Source: a virus | Strand: one strand, 5' to 3' | Virus record (IMG/VR): IMGVR_UViG_3300009193_000002 | DNA: 64,000 bases | Shown here: piece by piece, positions 36,601 through 45,841 of the stretch | Numbering within the stretch: the first letter of the stretch is position 1 | Layout of the letters: each line of letters begins with the position of its first letter | The notes under the pieces: generated by a model | What the model saw: the letters and a program-made list of their open reading frames with translations, nothing else | The model's database searches: none | What the model was told of the DNA's origin: nothing | Made by a program: the position numbers and the translations under genes

Positions 36601-39600
36601 TTCTCTTTTGGGCCACGTTTTGACGAAGAATATGCTGCCACACCCCCCGCAACCGAAAGTGCTGTAGCTGCCCAACCAATTGGGCTTGCCAATCCAAGTA
36701 TTCTAAAAACTACCGCCATTATTGAAGAAATAGCTGTAGTCGAGGCTACTGCCGCCCCTCCTCTCGCTGCTACGGCAGTTCCTCCAGCGGCAACTGTCCC
36801 AGCACCTTTAAAGAAACCTGCAGCAGCACGTAAAGCCCCACCTCCGCCAACCAAGAACCCGAGTAAACGAATGACGCTGGCAATCCCTTTAATCCCTAAA
36901 AAAGTAATGACAGCCGTCCCCAGACCTTGTAACGCTGGCCCCATATTACGTATACCTGTCAATGCGTCTGCAGTCACTTCAACTAGTTTTGCAAACACCT
37001 TCAGCATAGGTTCAAACGCTTCAAAGGCGATTGAGTTGGCCACGGAGCCAAGCCTTGCTAGTTGGTTCGCAAGGGCACCCATTTGAACCCCGTTAGCTCT
37101 TGCCGCTGACCCCCCAAGTTCCATCTTAGTTTGCAGCTCATCAGCAACTTTAATATTACCTACGAACGCTTGGAAAGCAGACGCCGCTCGAACCTGCATT
37201 GATTCGATTGCATCCCGAGAGGTAAAGCCAGCATTAGCCAGCGTTTTTAATACGGGGATTAGTCCTCGGGTAGAGATATCTAAATCATCCATCCCGATAC
37301 CAAGGCCTCGAACAATACTAACAAATTGTTCTGACGGTTTACGCAGGGCAATGATTATCTGACGAAGACCGGTACCCAAGGTTGAGCCTGAACGAATACC
37401 GGCGTTGGCCATGGCGCCAAGTGCGGCCACAACTTCTTCAAATCGAACGTTAGATTGTGCAGCCAAGTTACCTGAGTACTGGAGGCCTAAGCTTAGTTTA
37501 TCCAAGTTCAGCTTTGAGCTGTTGACAGCAGTGGTCATCTTGTCGGTGATGTCAGTCATTTCCGAGGCGTCTTTCTTAAATACCCCGAGCGTTGACGTTG
37601 CTAGGTCAACCGCACTTTTTAGGTCAGAGCCAACCGCTGTTGCGAATAAGGTTACGCCTTGTATTGAATCCTGAATCTCTTTAGACCCGAAACCAGCTTG
37701 TCCCAAAATAACCGCAGCGTCAGCAACTTCGAGCGCAGTAAATTTAGTTTCTTCAGACACGTCGATAAGATTTGTCTTCAGCTCATTCATCTCAGTGTTC
37801 GTCAATGCGACGATACTTTGTAGCTGCTTGAACTGTTTATCTAAATCATTGCTGAAGGTCGCTGCTGAGGTAACCGCGCCAACACCCGCACCCATGACCG
37901 CATAGTTTCTAAGCAAGGCGGCTTGCTGTTTAAACAGCCCCGCCCCGCCGTCAAAGTTTCGATTCACTGTCCTTTGCTTATCACTCTCGATAGCGTTACT
38001 TCGGCGTTGGGCATCTGTAATCGGCGCTTTCTTATTTCGCGTGGTACTGCGGTCACTCATTTCTTGCTGAGCGGCTTTTAGCGCACGGGTAAAATCAGCT
38101 AAGGCGGCACTAGCTCTTTTCTGTTCAGCTTCACTACGTTTATTGTCGATAGCAAAAGAATTAGCCTTGTTAGCCCCAGCCACCAAAAGCTTTTGACTTG
38201 CGATTTGGTCTTTGAGTTGAGAGTCAGTAAGACCCCCGAGCTTGGATTGTTTAATCGGGTCAAAACGTTGAACCGCTGGATTTAACTTAAACTGCCTGTT
38301 TACGAACTCATCAAAGTTGCCGTTCTTTACTTTGGCTCGGTTATTCTGCGCGGTGGTCTGCGTGCGGCGTTTATTTTCATCGGTTAATGCTTTGAGCTGC
38401 GCCGTGTTTTCCGTAATCGCTTTTCGAGCATCAGCTTCTAAACGGCTGTCACCATTCTTTCGAGCAAAGTTCAATGCTTCGTAGGACGCGCCTTTTCTCA
38501 GGTTAGCATTTTGCAAACCATCCTGAAGCTCTTTATTTTTTAAGTCTCGAATTTTCGCTTCAGCAATCGCCTCTTTGCGTTTTACTTCTGGCTTATCGCC
38601 ATAACGCTTGTCATAGAAAGCCTCAACGCTGCGCTGCTTTATCCTAGCTTGGTTGTTGGTCTTCTCGATACTGGTTCTAAGCTTCGTCTCTGCGCTTAGT
38701 TTCTCCAGCGCCGTCTGGTGCTGCTTTATCGCTAAGGCCGATTTATCGTAAAGGTCTCGATTATTATTTTTGTCCGCAAACTTATTCGCCGACTGAGCCC
38801 CAGACAATAGCGTGCGACGACTCGCTTGCTGTTCTTGCAGCCCTTGAAGTGTCAGCGTCTTTATTTTTTTATCTTTGATTTCTTCCTGACGGGTGACTGA
38901 CGGATTTCTTTTGAACGCTTTTTTGTTGAAGTTTTCCAACTCGGCGCTCTTAACCCCAGAACTTCTTAACTGTCTTTCGTAAAGCTTACGGTCACGCAAC
39001 TCATTTTGAAAACGATTCAATACGCCTTGGTTCTTTTCAAGGGTCGTCGTCGCACTTTTGATCAGGCTTTCGTCTTTCTTAGTAAGACCGGTGTTTAACG
39101 CCTTCTGAGCGCCCTTAACGGTTAAGCTTAGGGATTGGATTGATTGCTCAAGATTTTTGCCTGAGAGTGGCTTAGGATTGGCATTAGAGCGCACATCAAC
39201 TCGTTGAGAGCCAACTTTTCTTTTGAACTCGTTATCAATGAAGTCTGAGGTCTTTTGACGAACCTTCTTAGCGGTGTCTTTAAACGTACCATTCAATTCA
39301 GAGAGTATGGTATTAAACGCGCTGGAGATTAATGCTTTCTGAGCCTGAGGTAATCCTTGAGACATTTCTCGGGAAGCAACCCCAAGCAACGTTTTTAGGT
39401 TAGACCTGTTTTGCTCTATTATTTTACGGCTCTGGGTAAGATCTGTTTTTGCTCCACCTGACTGCTCTTCAATATATTTATTTCGAGCAGCGGGGCTAGT
39501 AAACTTGCCTTTAGCTAATTTATTGAATGCCTGTTCAGACGCTTTAAGAGCTTCCTCAATCGCTTGCGCTTTTTGAAGAACTTCGTCCATTCTCTTTTTT

Positions 39601-39656
39601 GCTGCAGAGGATAAATTAATATCCAATACCGTTTGGCGGATTTTGTTCACAGACAT
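33699..39656 (-). CDS. tail tape measure protein (1985 aa)
   Basis: Very long coiled-coil-rich ORF. TP901-type core FTALEVADAAVILGQAGF and a glycine-rich hydrophobic block. Downstream of the G/GT genes. Confidence 0.9.
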   Translation of the reverse strand: MSVNKIRQTVLDINLSSAAKKRMDEVLQKAQAIEEALKASEQAFNKLAKGKFTSPAARNKYIEEQSGGAKTDLTQSRKIIEQNRSNLKTLLGVASREMSQGLPQAQKALISSAFNTILSELNGTFKDTAKKVRQKTSDFIDNEFKRKVGSQRVDVRSNANPKPLSGKNLEQSIQSLSLTVKGAQKALNTGLTKKDESLIKSATTTLEKNQGVLNRFQNELRDRKLYERQLRSSGVKSAELENFNKKAFKRNPSVTRQEEIKDKKIKTLTLQGLQEQQASRRTLLSGAQSANKFADKNNNRDLYDKSALAIKQHQTALEKLSAETKLRTSIEKTNNQARIKQRSVEAFYDKRYGDKPEVKRKEAIAEAKIRDLKNKELQDGLQNANLRKGASYEALNFARKNGDSRLEADARKAITENTAQLKALTDENKRRTQTTAQNNRAKVKNGNFDEFVNRQFKLNPAVQRFDPIKQSKLGGLTDSQLKDQIASQKLLVAGANKANSFAIDNKRSEAEQKRASAALADFTRALKAAQQEMSDRSTTRNKKAPITDAQRRSNAIESDKQRTVNRNFDGGAGLFKQQAALLRNYAVMGAGVGAVTSAATFSNDLDKQFKQLQSIVALTNTEMNELKTNLIDVSEETKFTALEVADAAVILGQAGFGSKEIQDSIQGVTLFATAVGSDLKSAVDLATSTLGVFKKDASEMTDITDKMTTAVNSSKLNLDKLSLGLQYSGNLAAQSNVRFEEVVAALGAMANAGIRSGSTLGTGLRQIIIALRKPSEQFVSIVRGLGIGMDDLDISTRGLIPVLKTLANAGFTSRDAIESMQVRAASAFQAFVGNIKVADELQTKMELGGSAARANGVQMGALANQLARLGSVANSIAFEAFEPMLKVFAKLVEVTADALTGIRNMGPALQGLGTAVITFLGIKGIASVIRLLGFLVGGGGALRAAAGFFKGAGTVAAGGTAVAARGGAAVASTTAISSIMAVVFRILGLASPIGWAATALSVAGGVAAYSSSKRGPKENNLDVSTAGYNKAESEVESYNKRVDKLSNSISELIFKQDRLSDPKELRQTIQNLNSDFKQQGLFIGKNVKSYDELIAKMIEFEEQTKDARFFLESESRSKLQENIKDMKEDILANPELRDSSSRILNNTSNENLGFNDIRQMPRVERFLTQESRNKGSSFEGFNAKRDEALTLVRNFESGSDTSLEGLRSALELVKEMQAQFVNFKENNVSDYEDTITKYFGLNKEGRAFGIKTIAEVEKGLSDFAQKVNALTIAESSFQENSEENRTKRDQITGLVTDAGRAIASEGNAFRVGSKDISDRLVTPKGEKSTLTGTDYIQAYEDTKKLYEQEVINLEENRALIKEVLLASGIDKTQLEATLNKEGYYEEYGTSISNAKRTVKSAAQLAAGPFAQQTADQRASIQATIEELTPLFSNEQNLERSEALEAKLNTLYASLETLTTNEVKFNKDLNGGDDATIRQREITELQVNESRRAKLAESQDRTFNLIEVSKSLRAGQGIPDGETKLTDRDLKKLLGDFITEANSKIDQQETIGKRGVESIGRDIDETKYQFDQSTEIAKAGSGYEYETRVAAFEKAQQLQQTIAQLTEEQLAAERQILLDKIDSLNELKAQADKILTDENVVDGEAKNKLRKASQDAAEKVSEVSLEMDKLETKSRDAGRGVGELKDSLKLLEQQLVESNFNSTREQQVGARLYGKGYNPTDNATEDTTNLSRSGMGYGEIAENGANSVLGDLQAYYTGFDPLVDSVMNLTEMGKGLGETFSDTFVSIVTGAESGHRAIKNLMAGLLTEVLRIAANAAFKKAIQLLVNLGMTLLGGTGDTVGDGASTMNFGSDMTAYTGGEMIAGSYYKGGEITSGSTSRDSTYAKVAKGEFVMRRRAVQALGLDTVRALNSADPSSIQSSEAKLASVGMDTKPSSGQDKTVNVWVVTPDQKPEGLTENDIVTVVSDNINRNGTIKKLVRSISMNRI

Positions 39657-39675
39657 TCGTCAATCTCCAAGTTGT

Positions 39676-40343
39676 TTAGCTGAATACAGCGTTTGCTAAG
39701 GCCATCGCTTCAGCGTCATTCTTTGGTTCTGGTGCGTTGGTATGTGGCTTCTCTTCACCGCCACCCATGACAGCTCCAGCGACCTTCAATAAATTTTCGT
39801 AGTTTTGTGTGAGTTCAACTGTCTTCAAACCTACTACAAGTTTGAGTTGAGTCTGAATATCACGATACGTGTTACGCCAATAAATTGAGCTGAGTTGACT
39901 TGGTACGCATTGAAAGGCAAGACATAGTTGCTCTTCTAAGTCGAGCCCCATGTACCATCCATTGAATGATCTTAGGAGTTCGCTTTCTTCAATGCTTGCG
40001 TGAGCCTTAGCTGTCTCTTTTTGTTGGAGTTCGACGTCTTTATAAAAAAATTGGTGACATGCACCTCCACCCATTCAACAAACTCGATAAAGGCATCGTC
40101 TTCAATCTCAAGGGTTTGAATGTTCAACTCCTTTGTGATTTTGCCGTGCTCATCTCGCTCCGAAAAGGCTTCAACCAATATTACTCCACGTAGCATCGGA
40201 TTAGTAAATAACTCGGGTATTTGCTCAACGTTCTCAAACATATTTGTAAGCGTATTGATTAAGCCAAAGCTCATGAATACCGTACGTTCCTGACCATTCA
40301 AAATGGTAGTGTGGCGGGGTTCAACTTTCGTTGGTTCTAACAT
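39676..40343 (-). CDS. tail assembly chaperone G-T fusion made by -1 programmed frameshift
   Basis: The overlapping -1 frame is open from 40074 to 39676. The slip site is T TTT TTT A on the minus strand (40044-40050). Confidence 0.6.
39972..40343 (-). CDS. tail assembly chaperone (lambda G analogue)
   Basis: Lies between the major tail and tape measure genes. Starts at AGGAAATTGACGAATG and contains a T7 slippery run near its end. Confidence 0.7.
   Translation of the reverse strand: MLEPTKVEPRHTTILNGQERTVFMSFGLINTLTNMFENVEQIPELFTNPMLRGVILVEAFSERDEHGKITKELNIQTLEIEDDAFIEFVEWVEVHVTNFFIKTSNSNKKRQLRLTQALKKANS
40044..40050 (-). other. -1 ribosomal frameshift slippery heptamer TTTTTTT
   Basis: The zero frame reads ACC AAT TTT TTT ATA. 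The -1 frame reads CAA TTT TTT TAT AAA and continues into the T-like ORF. Confidence 0.65.
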
Positions 40344-40366
40344 TCGTCAATTTCCTAATTGTTTAA

Positions 40367-40396
40367 ATAAAAAAGCCTCCCAATTGGGAGGCTTTT
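40367..40396 (-). terminator. intrinsic terminator after the major tail gene (palindromic, possibly bidirectional)
   Basis: AGCCTCCC-aatt-GGGAGGCT with a T run on the minus strand (TTTTTTATTT) and TTTT on the plus strand. Confidence 0.75.
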
Positions 40397-40417
40397 AATA
40401 ATACGTTAGAAAGCTTA

Positions 40418-41251
40418 TTAAGCCAATGGTGCCTGAACCGTATCCATCACTAACTTACCAGACAATCCTTTAAATGGTATGTAGTTGTCATCCTGAGGAG
40501 TTACCTTCATAGGGGTAAACTCAAAAGGAATGTTGCCGAAGTTATCCGTAGTAAACGCCATAGATAGACCAGACGTGATACGGATTTTCGGGAACAAGTA
40601 AGTAACGTAAGTACCATTTGCCAACTGGCCAGTAACCTTGGCCGAGAAGTCACGGTCAACGTCAGTAGAACCAACTTCAAGAACCGTTACACCTGAAACA
40701 AGGGTACCTGCAGAAATAGCCGCCACTGAAACAGAATCGGGGATCATAACCGTCATCGTTGCCGAAGTAGCAGAACCGCCAGTGATACCTGATACAGCTG
40801 TTACTTTAGCAAGGATAACGTTTTCACCGTCGCCTGTACGTAAAGAAACATCTTGACCAACTAAGATATCTTGAACACCCGCTGCGTCTACGAAAGTTAA
40901 ATCAGCGGTGCCAGAAGCAAAGGTTACGGCTCCATCAGTAACTAATGCATCACCGGTCAACTCAGTAATAGCGCCGCCTTCAAGACCTAGAGCATAAGCA
41001 ATGTTAGTCACTGAATACTCGTACATCTCGAACGTTGCTCGGGTTGTTGAGCTAGTTGTTAATGTGAAAACGATGTCGTTAGTACGGCCTTGTGTTAAGT
41101 CAGTACGGTCTTTCGTCGCTTCACATGTGAAATTCTTAACGAGACCAACGCTGTGTTCGTCTGGGTTAAGGTCGTATAGTTCGTTGGTATTACCGATCAT
41201 TACGGTAGCGGTTCCCAACATGAATTTATTTGAACGTGCTTCACCAGCCAT
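40418..41251 (-). CDS. major tail protein
   Basis: Position upstream of G/GT. Start at GGAGATTGACGATG with a strong terminator after it. 277 aa, beta-rich. Confidence 0.6.
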   Translation of the reverse strand: MAGEARSNKFMLGTATVMIGNTNELYDLNPDEHSVGLVKNFTCEATKDRTDLTQGRTNDIVFTLTTSSTTRATFEMYEYSVTNIAYALGLEGGAITELTGDALVTDGAVTFASGTADLTFVDAAGVQDILVGQDVSLRTGDGENVILAKVTAVSGITGGSATSATMTVMIPDSVSVAAISAGTLVSGVTVLEVGSTDVDRDFSAKVTGQLANGTYVTYLFPKIRITSGLSMAFTTDNFGNIPFEFTPMKVTPQDDNYIPFKGLSGKLVMDTVQAPLA

Positions 41252-41279
41252 CGTCAATCTCCAAATTTTAGGTTATACT
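41251..41279 (+). promoter_or_regulatory. candidate sigma70-type promoter for the + strand gene 41307-41627
   Basis: TCGTCA (-35-like, 4/6), a 17-nt spacer, then TATACT (-10, 5/6). AGGAG RBS at 41291-41295. Confidence 0.35.
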
Positions 41280-41306
41280 CAATACCTGAAAGGAGAAACA
41301 AAAATC

Positions 41307-41627
41307 ATGAATGCAGAACAAACATTAATTCCAGTTGCTTTTAATATCCCGTCAGGACTTGTTGAAATGGCAACCAACGCACCGTTTAATAAAAGCACTA
41401 CGGCTTCAAAAATTCGGTTACTGTTAAACCACTTCTTCGAGAATAAATTGTCACCCATTGACATGTCAAATTACGAACATCTCAAGAATGACCATAACTT
41501 CACCTTACGCCTTCTCGGTAGCGAGTTGGAAAGCTTAGACACTTATTGCAAACAAACTTTATATACTAGACAACAAGCCTTGCAAATAGCTATCTGCACG
41601 GCCCTTAGTGACTTAGAAAATCTCTAA
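41307..41627 (+). CDS. reverse-oriented small protein in the tail module (ribbon-helix-helix-like N-terminus?)
   Basis: AGGAG RBS plus ATG. IPVAFNIPSGLVEMA...STTASKIRLLLNHFFEN fits a strand-helix-helix pattern. It is the only + strand gene between 13.9 and 50.8 kb. Confidence 0.5.
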   Translation: MNAEQTLIPVAFNIPSGLVEMATNAPFNKSTTASKIRLLLNHFFENKLSPIDMSNYEHLKNDHNFTLRLLGSELESLDTYCKQTLYTRQQALQIAICTALSDLENL

Positions 41628-42067
41628 GTCACTGAGGCACTAATTACGATAGATTGAAACACACGGTCGTTTTCTCCCATCATTACTGGGGTAATAAACG
41701 TTTGACCATAGACAACCGCCTTGGCAATTAACAATCCACTTGTCGCATCAAAAATACCGACCGTCTTACTCGAACGTAATTCTTCAAAGAGAGAATCGAT
41801 TAAGTCAACGAGCAGCATGTTGTTCTCATCCTGAACTGTCCCGATTGTGATCGACACCGTAAAGTTGTCCAGTCCTTGAGAATCACCTTCACTCTGATAA
41901 GTCATCTTCTCAATGCCAATTACATTGACGCTAGGCAATTGCGATTCATCTGAAATAGCATCTAAGTTCAACGCTTCGAGGTTAGTCCCTTTTAGCATGT
42001 TGAAGTTGACTGCCTTGTCGCTGCAATATCTAAGTAGCGAGGTATGCACGTTCTTGTAAGTTGCCAT
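41624..42067 (-). CDS. tail completion/terminator-position protein
   Basis: Position immediately upstream of the major tail gene (lambda U position). Confidence 0.4.
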   Translation of the reverse strand: MATYKNVHTSLLRYCSDKAVNFNMLKGTNLEALNLDAISDESQLPSVNVIGIEKMTYQSEGDSQGLDNFTVSITIGTVQDENNMLLVDLIDSLFEELRSSKTVGIFDATSGLLIAKAVVYGQTFITPVMMGENDRVFQSIVISASVT

Positions 42068-43005
42068 TAAACTACCTTATCCAAATATTCGTGAAGGTTA
42101 TTATCCCCGCCTCTAAATCCTTTAGAAAGCAGCATCCCCATCATAGCGGTAATCACTGGATGGCCTTGCTTGTGCAATCCGTCGAACTTCTTAAAGTTCG
42201 TGCCATCCATTTCACCCATATTCTTTAGCATGAGGGCTATCTCATCTGTCGTAGAACTTGGGCCTTGAATAGAGTTTAATCTATCCAAAAAAATTAATTT
42301 ATTTTTGGTCGCCGCGTATCCTAATTGTATTGCACTGTAGATAGACACGCTTCGGCCTCTTCCACTTTTTGGGATAGTTATTCTTCCGCTGGCGGTTCTC
42401 GTCGCGCCGGTTAGTAACTGAATATCTGCATTCTTAACCGCGTTTACCACTTCAGGTCGAACTGCCGTTGCCCAGCTTTCGTACTTCTTGGTTACCGTGT
42501 TATAGGGTCTACCATTCATCCCTCGGCGACGGTTCTCTCTAAACGTGGACTTTCCCGACGTTGCTCCCCCACTAATCCCGCCGAATTTATCATACAACTG
42601 CTTACCGACTTTTTTCGTTGTCAGGTCTCGCAAAATTTCTTCTAAGGGGTCTCTATGCTTCTGCCTAAAACGTTTTTTGTTCTGAGCGGGTATCCGCCAA
42701 AGCATTGGATTTCTTGCGCCTTCCTTTGCGGTCAATCCCCCTGTCTTAGCGTTAATCCATTTTTTAGTGAGTGGTTTTGTTCGCTTAAACCCAAAGACAT
42801 TGCCTTCAAAGTTATAGGCGGAACTGTCAATTTTAACCGCTGTTATGATCTTAATCATTTGGTTAAAAATACCATCTAAGAATTCGATGGTTGCGACTTC
42901 CAACTTACCTCTTATCTGGTCTTGCGTGCCTTGTTCAAGCCCTAATAAAACGGCCTGAATTCGAGTTTGAAGGTCTCTGAAAATATCGTTCCGCTGCTTG
43001 GCCAC
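42067..43005 (-). CDS. highly basic head-tail module protein
   Basis: 312 aa, K/R-rich (KKRFRQKHRD, RENRRRGMNGR). GTG start overlapping the upstream stop. Confidence 0.4.
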   Translation of the reverse strand: MAKQRNDIFRDLQTRIQAVLLGLEQGTQDQIRGKLEVATIEFLDGIFNQMIKIITAVKIDSSAYNFEGNVFGFKRTKPLTKKWINAKTGGLTAKEGARNPMLWRIPAQNKKRFRQKHRDPLEEILRDLTTKKVGKQLYDKFGGISGGATSGKSTFRENRRRGMNGRPYNTVTKKYESWATAVRPEVVNAVKNADIQLLTGATRTASGRITIPKSGRGRSVSIYSAIQLGYAATKNKLIFLDRLNSIQGPSSTTDEIALMLKNMGEMDGTNFKKFDGLHKQGHPVITAMMGMLLSKGFRGGDNNLHEYLDKVV

Positions 43006-43493
43006 TACTTTACCTCGATATAATAAATACCGTTCAGCTTTTGCACACCAGTAATAGACTGACCGTCAATCACATCACCCTCTTTAACTTGCTCAGCGAC
43101 ATAATAAACATCCCTTGAAGTCTGTAGTCCTCTGTCATCAATTAGCTTTCCAAGTTCATGCACCGCTCGGCAGGTAATCGGCTCAACCGTGAAAGAGCCT
43201 TGCTTCATTTTGGTCACAGGGTTAATGCCTGAAAAACGTTTTTCAATCGTTACGGTGGCATTCATATGAAGACCCATAAATACCCAATACTCTGGATTCT
43301 CATGGTGGGTGGCCAAAAGCAAATCATCATCTTTGCCATCGAAACTTAATATTTCTCCGGCTTCAACAGGGTACTTTTTAGGGACATAAACCAACGAACG
43401 CACGGGCATCATCGTCAGCGTGTTTTCATTTGGTTTTGTGACAGCGGCTCTAACCTTGAGATTACCTACCCGATAATTCGATAAGGTTCTCAT
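43005..43493 (-). CDS. head-tail joining protein candidate
   Basis: Position only. Confidence 0.4.
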   Translation of the reverse strand: MRTLSNYRVGNLKVRAAVTKPNENTLTMMPVRSLVYVPKKYPVEAGEILSFDGKDDDLLLATHHENPEYWVFMGLHMNATVTIEKRFSGINPVTKMKQGSFTVEPITCRAVHELGKLIDDRGLQTSRDVYYVAEQVKEGDVIDGQSITGVQKLNGIYYIEVK

Positions 43494-43494
43494 A

Positions 43495-44187
43495 TTAGCT
43501 ACCTAGAAAGGGGTCGGTTCTTGTGACAACCGTTAGAAGTGGACTGTCGCCAACGACAAACTCTTCGGTGAAATTATTCAGCAAGCGGATATACACATTC
43601 GTCAATCTCGCTTTCATGCCCACATAATCAAATTTTGCTAATCTAGCTTGACGGATATCATCGAATTCATCACTTTTCAGTAACTTCAATTCTAGGCTGT
43701 CTAATTGCTTTAGGGCTTCGTGGTAGGTGATGAGATCATTCGCATTCTTAATATTCGAATTATTCGAAATAAACGAAATTCCCAAATCAACTGATAACTC
43801 AGCGTAAGCGCCATAAATATCGATTTCTTCATTTGGCAACTCTTTTTCAGAAGCGCCTAGAATAGTCCGCACCGAATTCTCATCGGTGTAAATCATAGGG
43901 TCTCGTTGCAATCGAATAATGTCTTTAAACGTGTGAGACTTACCATTGGATTGAAACGTAACTTTAATCGTAAAGAACTCATAAGCTGCATCAAGGGATG
44001 CGAACAGAAGCTCTCCGGCCATGACATAATAATAAGCGGGATCAAAGGAAAATACTTTTGAGTACGCCTCCACACCTTGGTCATTGTAAACGACAACAGC
44101 AACGTTACTAGCATCTGGCGTGAGAAATCGACCCTGAATTTCAAAGTCTTTTAGCTCAAGCTCGGCACCTTCTTTTAAATTTATCAT
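43495..44187 (-). CDS. head-tail connector/adaptor candidate
   Basis: Position only. Confidence 0.4.
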   Translation of the reverse strand: MINLKEGAELELKDFEIQGRFLTPDASNVAVVVYNDQGVEAYSKVFSFDPAYYYVMAGELLFASLDAAYEFFTIKVTFQSNGKSHTFKDIIRLQRDPMIYTDENSVRTILGASEKELPNEEIDIYGAYAELSVDLGISFISNNSNIKNANDLITYHEALKQLDSLELKLLKSDEFDDIRQARLAKFDYVGMKARLTNVYIRLLNNFTEEFVVGDSPLLTVVTRTDPFLGS

Positions 44188-44204
44188 TGCTGTTGTCCTT
44201 TAAA

Positions 44205-44564
44205 TTACTTTTTAGCCACGGGCTTTTTAGCCAGTGCTTTTTCAGCTTCCGCTTTGGCTTCAGCGTCGGCAATATCTTTCGCCATCGCATCCGCTTCAGG
44301 GTCATCGCTTGCGTCGATACCAAACTTCGCTAAGAAGTTTTCAGTCGCCGTTTCAACGTCACCGTCATGGCTGGCAATGAAGTCGACAAAATCTTGGTCA
44401 GTGGCTTCGTCTTTCAACTCTGCTAAAGGCTTTAACTTACCTTCATCTACAAGTTGCTTGTACTTGTTACAGTCGGCAACTACCGCTGGACGAAAAGCCG
44501 GTACAAAGTCGTTCTCTACAAGGCAAGTAAATTTGCCTTTTACTTTTACTAGTATTTTTGACAT
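44205..44564 (-). CDS. hypothetical head-module protein with A/K/E-rich C-terminus
   Basis: ATG (MSKILVKV) is preceded by GGGAAAAGAAA. The longer track start would run into hairpin 44586-44601. Confidence 0.4.
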   Translation of the reverse strand: MSKILVKVKGKFTCLVENDFVPAFRPAVVADCNKYKQLVDEGKLKPLAELKDEATDQDFVDFIASHDGDVETATENFLAKFGIDASDDPEADAMAKDIADAEAKAEAEKALAKKPVAKK

Positions 44565-44585
44565 TTTCTTTTCCCAAAGTTTAAA

Positions 44586-44601
44586 GGGGGCAGAAGCCCC
44601 C
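44586..44601 (-). terminator. GC hairpin GGGGGC-ttct-GCCCCC just after the major capsid gene
   Basis: The minus strand reads GGGGGCTTCTGCCCCC followed by TTTAAACTTTGGGAAAAGAAAATG. The layout is the same as at the early-gene junctions. Confidence 0.55.
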
Positions 44602-44607
44602 AATCAA

Positions 44608-45813
44608 TTACGCCGTAAGGTCTAACAAAGTACGAGTGTCGCCGTAAACTAAACGGTAACCCATGTTCATTGTTTTGATATACGTGATTGACTGATTCTT
44701 GATAGCTGTCTCAGACTCAGACAGAACAGAACCGTTTTCGATCAACTCTTCCAAAGTATCGCCAACGCTGTAACACATTAGCTGACCCGCTGGCATTGAG
44801 CTTGAAATCTTGAAGTTAACACCTTGCAAGAAGTCTAACTGTAGGCCAACACGTGGCATACCACGGCCCTGAAGCTCTGCAGCATCAGAGTTAGTTGTCT
44901 TAGTCGGTAAGAACATTAAGAACAACTCTAACCACATGTCGTAGTTACCGATGATGGTATCTACTGGGTTACCCGCTTTAGCACGACGCGCTAGGAAGTC
45001 AGCAAGACCAACATAGTTGTCTTTAAGTGACTTAGAACCAGTGATGTCCCAATTCTTCAGCGCACTTGCTGCGAACGGAGTTGCTGCAGAATGAACACCA
45101 TCACCTTCGATAAGAAGACGAGTCGCTTGAGCCACTTTGCTTAACTCTAGGTTGCGAGCAACACGGTTAGCATACGGAGTCAGTACGTCCAAAGAAACAC
45201 GACGTTCAAATTCATACGAGGTACGAATCGCTGAACCGTGCTTGAAGAACTTCACACTACGATCAGAACTAGTGATAGTCTGAACTGGAATGTTCGCTAA
45301 CTCAGCAATCGGGCTCGTATTCAACTGACCTTGGTCATCAAAAATCGCCTGAGTGATAACTTCGTTACCAGTAACCGTACGGGTTTGAGACACTAAACCT
45401 TCAGTTGATTCGAACTGGTCTTGCTTCGTAGACCACTGCATCATTGAGTCAATGACTTCAGGGAAAAGTGCGCGAGAGCCTGGGCGAGCACTGAAGCTAT
45501 CCGCAGCTGCTTGAAGCACAATGCCTTGCTTGAAGTTGTTCTGTACTGGTAGATTCAAGTCAGCTAGTGCCGCCTCGTAACCAGACATACGCTCGTTTGC
45601 GTTCTTCAGATACTTGCCTTTGTCTTCGCCTTCAGAGGCGCGGACATCTACCGCTAAGTCCAAGTAGTCCTTTACAGAAATACCATACGACTTGGCTTTG
45701 TCGACAAGGCTAAGACCAGCACTTGAAGAGGCTTGTTTATTTTCAGAACCTATCTCGCCAAGAATCACAGCAAGAGGGGCGCGTTTTATAGTTGTTAATG
45801 ATTGTAAACTCAT
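44608..45813 (-). CDS. major capsid protein
   Basis: ~400 aa ORF after the protease and decoration genes. Start at AGGAGATTGACGATG. A hairpin follows. Confidence 0.7.
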   Translation of the reverse strand: MSLQSLTTIKRAPLAVILGEIGSENKQASSSAGLSLVDKAKSYGISVKDYLDLAVDVRASEGEDKGKYLKNANERMSGYEAALADLNLPVQNNFKQGIVLQAAADSFSARPGSRALFPEVIDSMMQWSTKQDQFESTEGLVSQTRTVTGNEVITQAIFDDQGQLNTSPIAELANIPVQTITSSDRSVKFFKHGSAIRTSYEFERRVSLDVLTPYANRVARNLELSKVAQATRLLIEGDGVHSAATPFAASALKNWDITGSKSLKDNYVGLADFLARRAKAGNPVDTIIGNYDMWLELFLMFLPTKTTNSDAAELQGRGMPRVGLQLDFLQGVNFKISSSMPAGQLMCYSVGDTLEELIENGSVLSESETAIKNQSITYIKTMNMGYRLVYGDTRTLLDLTA

Positions 45814-45841
45814 CGTCAATCTCCTAATTTTCAGTTATCAA

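Noticed and set aside
41001-41306. Upstream part of the 208-aa + strand ORF 41001-41627.
   Set aside because: It overlaps the major tail gene in antisense and has no RBS. Only the portion from the AGGAG-preceded ATG at 41307 is retained.
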